From positions 291,338,001 through 291,402,000 of the forward strand of contig OZ024741.1 of NCBI GenBank assembly GCA_964016885.1: DNA of 64,000 nucleotides. The letters are read 5' to 3'. This document shows, piece after piece, positions 55,232 to 64,000 of this stretch (the first letter of the stretch is position 1; the number at the start of each line of letters is the position of its first letter). The DNA comes from Eledone cirrhosa (Eukaryota). The position numbers were made by a program, and so were the translations under genes. Below the pieces are notes generated by a model. The model ran no database searches. It was not told the DNA's origin and saw only the letters and a program-made list of their open reading frames with translations.

Positions 55232-55690
55232 CTCTCTGAGCGATCTTAGCTATTATCCGAAAAGAAGAAAAGATCAACATCACCGGTAACTACAGAGCCG
55301 CAGGTTTCATGTTGCAGGTTTTATATGAGTTATCCCAGTTCCTGAGTTATCTTCTCCTAGAAGAATGCCCTGACAAAGGCTAGGGGTCCTTCACTCCCAG
55401 TGGTTTAACTGCGCGATCAGGTATTCAGCCCGATTATTTCTGTCCCCACGCATATGCATACACATGCATAGATGTATATACATATTTACACATTTTTGGA
55501 TGGCCGTTGACTCTTATGAGTTCTTCCGCCCTTTGTCAGGTTTCTTTGGGGGGCCTGCAGGGTTTCCAAAATCAACCTCGTTACCAAGTAAACTTGGCGG
55601 GGTTGCCGGCTTAGTCGCCGACGACCCGACCATGTGACAGGTTGTACTGGGTTACATGTTACCAATAGCACTCAAGAGTGACCCAGCATA
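55232..55690 (-). mobile_element. Family C fragments (55232-55450 related to the 13195 copy; 55495-55690 is a 5' head)
   Basis: TCACTCCCAGTGGTTTAAC, TCTTCTCCTAGAA and TTAGTCGCCGACGACCCGACCATG shared with other copies. Confidence 0.65.
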
Positions 55691-55694
55691 CATA

Positions 55695-56288
55695 TATGGT
55701 GGCTGCCAACTCGTTTTCGAGTACGGCCACTACTTTATATCCATGTAGGAGAACCCCTACCGATGCGCTGAACGAGTGTGACTTTTTAGTCCAGCCAGCA
55801 ACTCGAAAACTCTGGTACAAACACTACACCTGTGACAATTATCGACACATAGTGCTGGGCCCATGGTACCATGTGACAAGTGCAGCGAGATCTCGAGATA
55901 TAAAGCAATGCCTGTGCCGTGAAGCTTTTATAGTGAGCAAAGGCACTGCATAAAGCCAGTCCCACTCTCTTAACCAAGATGATATTTACCAAAAAGAAGA
56001 ACAAGTCAACATCATTGGATATCATCAGAGTTGCAGGTGTTATATCAGTTTTCCTTCTCCTAGAATTCTGCCTTGACAAAGGCTAAGCGGTCATCTCTCC
56101 CGGTGATTTTGGATGGCCATTGACTTTTAAGAGCTCCTTTGTCCTTTGACAGGTTTTGTTTTTAGTCCTGCAGGATGTCCAAAGTCACCCTCCTCACCAT
56201 GAAACCTTGGTGGGGTTGCCAGTTTAGTCGCCAATGACCCGACCATGAGACAGGTTGTACTGGGATACATGTTACCAGTAGCACCAAC
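55695..56288 (-). mobile_element. Family C element, longest form
   Basis: Reverse complement of ~32456-33052 with few differences. Confidence 0.8.
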
Positions 56289-56329
56289 ATATATACAAAC
56301 ATACATACATGCATATATATATATATTTA

Positions 56330-56548
56330 AGGAACGAACGATCGTCTTTCGTCAAATCGGACCGAGGGAACAATGTTTCCGTTGGTCTTTCCAATTGCTA
56401 ATACTATCTATCGGTCGCAACTCCAGGTAGAAGGAACAGCGTGAAATAAAGTGTCTTGCTCAAGGACATAACGCATCGCCTGGTCCAGGAATCGAACTCA
56501 CAACCTTACGATTGCGAATCCAATTCTCTAACCACTCAGCCACACGCC
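56330..56548 (-). mobile_element. tRNA-derived SINE family B
   Basis: Near-identical to 11630-11848; flanked by (TA)n. Confidence 0.85.
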
Positions 56549-57057
56549 TATATATATATATATATATTGATATATATATATATTGTAACATCTGTGTGTG
56601 TGTGTGTGTGCGTGTGTGTGTGTCTGTGCGTGTGCATAGGCGCACTCTCAAATATATGCACACGAACATAATCCTCATCATAGTACTTGTGATCGACATC
56701 ATTATTGTCACTGCTCACTAATGCCAACATCATTCTCATGTTTATCACCATCATCACGATCGCCGTCACCATCTTTATCATCATAAACTATTTTCCTAAG
56801 GGTGTTTTAAACTAAAGACAGATACAACAACAGCAACAAAAATCAGAAGACATTCTTTAATAAGGAAAAGAAAATCTTTACGTAAGAAATTATGGGTAGT
56901 GGGTGGTTGGGAGTTTAAAGAGAAGAAAAATATTTTAAAATGTGAAGAAAAAAATAAAAAAAATATTGAAAAATAAACGGAAAAGGAAATGGTTTGCAAT
57001 TAAAACAGCCCAGGATTTATAGTATCGGTTACATGTGATATATGGGGTGGATGTTAT

Positions 57058-57124
<67 letters not shown>

Positions 57125-57307
57125 CAGAGAGAGGGAGAGAGGGAGAGGGAGAGAGAGACATACAGACCGACAACCAGATAGACAGAGCTACAGATAGGGA
57201 TTATAGATAGATAGATAGATGCATAGATAGATATATTTCTTTATTAGACACAAGGGTTATAGATGCATAGATAGATAGACAGATAGATAGAGAGACAGAG
57301 AGAGATA

Positions 57308-57377
<70 letters not shown>

Positions 57378-57504
57378 AAGAGACAGACCGACAAACAGAT
57401 AGACATATACGTATATAGATAGATAATAGATAGATAATAGATAGATAGATAGATAGTAGATAGATAGATAGATAATAGATAGATAATAGATAGATAATAG
57501 ATAT

Positions 57505-59093
57505 ATTTCTTTATTAGCCACAGGGGCACAAAAGAAGGGGACAAATACAAAGGGGGAAGTTTACATACAATAAAAACGTGTAAAATGTTATCACAGATGG
57601 AATTTAAAAGTTAGTCGATTTTCCCCAATAGAGGGAGACAGTTTATATGGGTAACACAGACCCCCGAAAAAAATGTGCAACCCTCATCTCCAGGAGTACG
57701 AAGAGCTTGTACTCCTTTCCTCTCCTCCTCCTTTTCCTCAACCTACAGGCTGATATAGAGAGAAGGCCCATTCACACGGGCCATTCTCGCCACTTTCACC
57801 CACCTTTCATAAAACTTGCTGGGGTACAGCACCTCTCTCCATCCTGATTCTTCTTCCAAAGTGGTATTTGAAAAAAAAGAATCAGTTGTTGGCCGGAGAG
57901 AAAGGTGTCTGACCTCAGCCCTTTTAACCTTGTCCATCATACAACCTCTTTCGCCATAGCTATCACACAAAGGAAAACCGCCTCTCCTTCGTTTTTGAAG
58001 GAGGGTGGCGGTTTGATTATGACAATGGACTCGGTGGTCAACCGGATTGGTTCCACCCTCGACAATAGTCGTTCTACATAGATCCACAGGTCGGTAACGC
58101 CCGGGCAGTGTACTAATGCGTGCGTGACGGTTTCCTCGTCAAGTACGCATCTCGGACAGATCTTTTTCGAAGGGTTCCTGCCCGGTCGCCCGTGTCTGTA
58201 GAGCTTGTCTCGAACTGGTAGAGCTCCTCGGTAGCACTGCCAGTGTGGGACTTTTAGAAGTTGTCCATCGGTCTCGGGCAGAAGGTTCTACCGAACAGAC
58301 TGGCCAGTTCGTCTTCCTCTAAGCCTAGAGTTTCTCCGAACGCATCGTCGTACTTGCTGTGGACCAACCCTCTATAGAATGACGAAGTGGAGTCTCCACT
58401 GATCGCCGGGTCCGCCTGCCAGAGGGCTGTGAGCGCCTGAGCACATTCGATGTGCCAGTCGCCCATTTTCCTCGGTCCTTGCTTGATCCAAGACTGCAGC
58501 TCGGTCAGCGAGACGAGTCGTGGGAATGCTCGCCTCACAAAGTAGGCCCACACCGGTTGTCCGGTGAGGAATACGTGGAGGTGCCGCATCATGAGCGCGT
58601 GTTTGCGCATCGTCAGCCACGGCAAACCCAGCCCTCCGTTTGAAGGGTGTTGCCAGCAGATGGATCTTTTGACCAAAGGAGCCCGCTTCTTCCAAAGGAA
58701 TTGGAAGAGCGCGCGCTCCATTTTGGTGAGCATTTTGGCTGGACAAGGCACGACGGTCAAGCGGTACTAGATGACGGACGCTATAAAAGTGTTCGCCTCC
58801 TCCGCTCGACCTTTCAATGATAGTTTGCACTCGGCCCACTTCTGGGTGAGTGCAAACACCTTGGCCGTCACCTCGTTCCAGTTCTTCTCCACCTGGAGGT
58901 CCGGACCAAACCAGACCCCGAGCAGCTTTACCGGTCCTTCCGTTCAGCGCCCGACGACGCCATCGGAAGGCATCGGTTTGCCTCTCCACGATCTGAGTTG
59001 CAAACGGATGGACTTGTCCCGGTTGAGCTTCGCTCCTGTGAACCTTTCGTATTCCTTCAGTAAGGTGCCGACTTCCTCGATTCTTTCTTGTAT
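57505..59093 (-). mobile_element. Tx1/L1-clade LINE, 5'-truncated, 3' end in (TCTA)n
   Basis: LFQFLWKKRAPLVKRSIC..NGGLGLP; CPRCVLDEETVTHALVHC (CCHC) at ~58105-58158; 3' end CCCCTGTGGCTAATAAAGAAAT; frameshifted. Confidence 0.88.
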
Positions 59094-59099
59094 CGTTTT

Positions 59100-60690
59100 T
59101 TTGCTCTATCTCTCTGTCTCTCTGTCTCTCTGTCTCTCTGTCTCTCTGTCTCTCTGTCTCTCTGTCGTTCTGTCTCTCTGTCTCTCTGTCTCTCCATCTC
59201 TCTGCCTCTCTGTCTCTCTGTCTCTCCATCTATCTCTCTATCTCTCTATCTCTCTGTCTCTCTGTCTCTCTACCTCTCTGTCTCTCTGTCTCTCTGTCTC
59301 TCTGTCTCTCTTTCTCTCCATCTCTCTGTCTCTCTGTCTCTCTGTCTCTCTGTCTCTCTGTCTCTCCATCTATCTTTCTATCTCTCTATCTCTCTGCCTC
59401 TCTGTATCTCTGTCTCTCTGTCTCTCTACATCTCTGTCTCTCTGTCTCTCTGTCTCTCCATCTATCTCTCTATCTCTCTGTCTCTCTGTCTCTCTACCTC
59501 TCTGGCTCTCTGTCTCTCTGTCTCTCTATCTCTCTGTCTCCCTCTCCTTCGCTCTACCCACCTTTCTTTCCCTCCCCCTTTCTCTTCGTTCCTTATTCTG
59601 TGCCTTCTCTTTCCTCTCTCTTTCTCATCCTCCCTCTCTCTCTTCTACTCACTCTACCAATATCTCTCCCACTACCTCTCTCTCTCTCACCCTCTCTCTC
59701 TCTCTCACCCTCTCTCTCTTTCTCTTCTACTCACTCTATCAATATCTCTCCCACTACCTCTCTTTCTCACCCTCTCTCTCTTCTACTCACACTACCTCTC
59801 TCTCTCCCACTACCTCTCACTCTCACCCTCTCTCTCTTCTACTCTCACTACCTCTCTCTCTCACCCTCTCTGTCTTCTACTCCCACTACCTCTCACTCTC
59901 ACCCTCTCTCTCTTCTATTCCCACTACCTGTCACTCTCACCCTCGCTCTCTTCTACTCCCACTACCTCTCTCTCTCACCCTCTCTCTCTTCTACTCACAC
60001 TACCTCTCTCTCTCCCACTACCACTCTTCTACTCCCACTACCTCTCACTCTCACCCTCTCTCTCTTCTACTCCCACTACCTCTCACTCTCACCCTCTCTC
60101 TATTCTACTCCCACTACCTCTCTCTCTCACCCTCTCTGTCTTCTACTCCCACTACCTCTCACACTCACCCTCTCTCTCTTGTACTCCCACTACCTCTCTC
60201 TCTCACCCTCTCTCTCTTCTACTCCCACTACCTCTCACTCTCACCCTCCCTCTCTTCTACTCCCACTACCTCTCTATCTCACCCTCTCTCTCTTCTACTC
60301 CCACTACGTCGCTCTCTCCCACTACCTCTCTTCTACTCCCACTAGCTCTCTCTCACCCTCTCTCTCTTCTACTCCCACTACCTATCTCTCTCTCCCACTA
60401 TCTCTCTTCTTCTCCCACTACATCTCTCTCTCACCATCTCTCTCTTCTACTCCCACTACTTCTCTCTCTCACCCTCTCTCTCTTCTACTCCCACTACCTC
60501 TCTCTCTCCCACTACCTCTCTTCTACTCCCACTACCTCTCTCTCTTCTACTCCCACTACCTCTCTCTCTCACCCTCTCTCTCTTCTACTCCCACTACCTC
60601 TCTCTCTCACACTCTCCCTCTTCTACTCCCACTACCTCTCTCTCTCACACTCTCTCTCTTCTACTCCCACTACCTCTCTCTATCACCCTC
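59100..60690. repeat. Pyrimidine-rich satellite: (TCTCTCTG)n then ~40-bp CTCACCCTCTCTCTCTTCTACTCCCACTACCTCT units
   Basis: Directly visible. Confidence 0.92.
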
Positions 60691-61564
60691 TCATTCATTC
60701 CTTCACTCAATATCAGATTTCCTGTTTTAAATATTGCTATGGTAATTTGAAAAGTTTACAAAACAAATTAATCGTTCCATCATGTATACACGTGGGGTGT
60801 ATAGACACAGTTTATATGTGTGTGTATATCTGTGTGTATTTGTATGAGTATGTGTATTTTTATGTGTGTGTGCGTGTGTATTTTTTCTTTCTTTCTGTAA
60901 ACGTGTGTGTGCGTCTATGTGTGTGTGTCTGTGTGTGTGTGTGTGTGTGTGCATCTATATGTGTGTGTGTGCGCGTCTATGTGTGTATGTGTGTGCGTAT
61001 ATATGTGTGTGCGTCTATATGTGTGTGTGTGTGTGTGCGTCTATGTGTGTGGGTGTGTGTGTGCGTCTATATGTGTGTGTGTGTGTACTTGTGTTTTGGG
61101 ATGTGTGTATGTAATGAGGCGTATGTGCGTTAGGGTAGAGTGTGTTTCCGTTCTATAGAGAGGGGACTAACTTTTTATACAAAGCACTCAATAAATAAAG
61201 TAGAGTCGATATATTTTCATATATTTATTCAATTAATTGTTTCTTCTTTAGGCACAAGGCCAGCAATTACTGGTACTTTATTTTATCGACCTCGAATTCA
61301 TGATCACAAATGTCCAGTTTTGTTTCCTTCTGTAAGAACCCATCTGACAATCAACTGAATGTTTACAGAAGGAAACAAACTTATTCCTGTAAGTGTCATT
61401 AAAAGGTGGTTATGTAGATCGTTCTGAACCCAACTGGGTTCTGATTCAGGTCCCCTTGTGTGTGTATCTTCAACCAAGTTGACGAATACGTTGTAAATGT
61501 AATTTGTCCGAAGGATACTATGCGCAAGCCTGTTCTGTTTATGTTTATATATGTATGTATATAT

Positions 61565-61670
<106 letters not shown>

Positions 61671-61859
61671 ATAAACAATGAAATACCTCTAAGAAAGAGT
61701 TTTTTCCTAGCCGTATATTATAATTGAATATAAAAGAAAAACGAACACAGACATATACATATATGTGTTCAAATCGTAAGGGACCGGATTCGCTAAGGTG
61801 AAAAGAATACTAACTATAGACAATAGGGTTTGCCAGACTCAATTTAAGAAAAAATCACG

Positions 61860-61914
<55 letters not shown>

Positions 61915-61915
<1 letters not shown>

Positions 61916-62061
61916 TAACAAAGAAATTGTGGTAAGGAACCAGGTGAACCATAACGCATCAGAGTGCTCGATACTTAGGGTAGTAGAGTGAGTAATAGGA
62001 AAAGAGTAAGGACCCCGACGGCTGAGCTCCAGCCGTTTCAACAACTAGATCTGACTCTTTT

Positions 62062-62066
<5 letters not shown>
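61915..62066 (-). mobile_element. Second copy of the 8172-8368 insert with a 13-bp inverted cap
   Basis: Reverse complement matches ~8234-8368; ACTCTTTTCCTAT (62054-62066) is the inverse of 61995-62007. Confidence 0.7.
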
Positions 62067-62115
<49 letters not shown>

Positions 62116-62212
62116 ATATACATATATATGTATATATATATGTGTGTGTGTGTGAATGTAGCAATATCTGTAGATGTGAAAAGGAAAAAGAAAAATAGTA
62201 CTCAATCGTGAA

Positions 62213-62546
62213 GATTTCAAGGTCCAAATTTGACAATACCTCCAGAAATCAAAGGGTATCAAAATAGTGACCTTTCTTCGGGAGCTAATACGAGTTTATT
62301 TAAACTCGTATGGTCAAATTTGGACCTTGAAATATTGGGTACCGCTTTTGCTCCGTGCATGAGCATAAATACATAATATAATATATATATTGACCTTCGC
62401 AGGGATAGTCCCTTGATAATGTGTTTTTAAACCCGAAAATATTTGGGATGATTAAATTTGCAAATTTAAGGTTCTATCGTTATCTTGGCACTTTTCATTT
62501 TCTAATGCACTAGAAAGTTAAAGGTACCAAGATAACGACAGAACAT
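62213..62546. repeat. Two short inverted-repeat pairs (possible MITE remnants)
   Basis: ATTTCAAGGTCCAAATTTGAC / GTCAAATTTGGACCTTGAAAT; GTTCTATCGTTATCTTGG / CCAAGATAACGACAGAAC. Confidence 0.55.
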
Positions 62547-63308
62547 TACCTTACAGACCATGCTAATTAGGATTCAACTAGGATGGACATTATACAAAAT
62601 ACCTCTATATATGTTGAGTAGCGAGAGTCTGACTGAGCTTCAAACCACATGGTGCCCATAAATGTTTGATGACGAGGGCAGATATAAATAGGACTGGACG
62701 TCTCATTACTAGAAAGAGCAGCAAGGTATCAGTAACAGTTGAATCAGTTCGACAAATTAATAAATCTAGAGCAGCTGACATAATTTTAAGGCATCAAAAT
62801 ATATTATGATAACCGTGTTTCTCTTTAAATAAGCCCATTGGACCTTAATTCAGAGCATCAATAATTTAAATTCAAAGGATATATTTAAAGTGAGAGAAAG
62901 TGTCATATATCGTTTGATAAACTCATTGTATGTTGTACAACTTAAGTTATCATACATATTATATAAGTTTTGGTGCCTAAATATTGAATATATCTTCTCC
63001 AAATTTATTAATGCCATCGTAATTAAACATTTATCGGCATCATGAGGTTTGAAGATCATTTTGACATTCTTGTCTTTAGTTGGCTCTTACCGGAATCGAT
63101 AATTTGCAATCGATAATCGATTACTTGGATCGATTTCCTCTTTGGAGCTGTGAAACAGTACTGTCAGGAATATTGCTTTTTCCACCTTAAATATGTATAT
63201 TTTTTCCTGAGAATTATTTGTATTAAATATGTGTACAAAATACTGGGTTTCTCAAACGATATATGACTCTTTCTCTCTCTCTAAATATAACTTTAGAATT
63301 TCAATTAT

Positions 63309-63378
<70 letters not shown>

Positions 63379-64000
63379 GTGCGTTCACATGTTTGTGAAC
63401 ACACGTGTGTTTGTTTGTGTGTATGTGTTTATATATGTGTGTACATATATGTGTATATTTATGTGTAAATATGATGGAGGGGGCGTGCCGGCATGTGTAT
63501 GTGTGATTTTGCGTTTATGTGAGTTTGTTTGTGTGTGGGCTTGTTGACGCTTGATGGGTGGTTTGGACTTTGCTTATGTAAAATAGTAATGAAATGATAG
63601 GCCTATATTTACCACACTGTAGGTCTCATATGTTTTCGTGATTAAGTCTAGCGTGACAAGGAGGAAGTCCACCGTTGACACATTCCCTTAAATTTCGCTT
63701 AAATTCAAGCTGAATCAATTTAAAGTCTTCTCAGTATGTCAGCTGTATATACTATCATACATCTCGATATCACATAGTAAAGTTCCACATTAATAATGAG
63801 GACATCATGTATATTTTCTAATGTAGTGATTCACAAAAGCAAGCTTCGTTTTAGGTGCGTGCTCCTCAGTTTTGTCGGCGTTCTCTTTGCAACCACGTGT
63901 TTTGAATTTAGTTCCTACCTTCTTTTTTCTATCGTTTACTCGAGAGATCTGTATAGTGCTCGTAGCAGATATTCAGACACTCTATGACTAAAGTAATGGC

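Noticed and set aside
58771-61133. Long Leu/Ser-rich ORFs
   Set aside because: Antisense Tx1 sequence plus pyrimidine satellite lacking stops

Overview
Eukaryotic, AT-rich, repeat-dense intergenic or intronic DNA, most likely from an octopod cephalopod. That call is my recognition of the SINE/LINE families and the very high (TA)n load, not a database result. I found no host gene exon I can support, and nearly all long ORFs in the track are translated microsatellites. The real content is mobile elements: about 20 copies of one tRNA-derived SINE (often in tandem clusters), a second SINE family, six copies of a non-coding element resembling an RTE 5'UTR, a long decayed CR1-group LINE with a 5'-inverted RTE nested inside it (13-bp TSD), further RTE fragments, an uninterrupted 5'-truncated Penelope-like element (RT + GIY-YIG, Naiad-like) with a minimal hammerhead ribozyme, four R4/Dong LINE copies in (CATA)n, a Tx1-like LINE in (TCTA)n, and Tc1/mariner remnants and MITEs. 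The most interesting signal is a system-level one: different retroelement clades sit in different microsatellite types, and the (TA)n tracts are studded with short fold-back inserts carrying hammerhead-like cores, two of which invert at the same nucleotide. Coordinates were counted by eye and may be off by a few bases.
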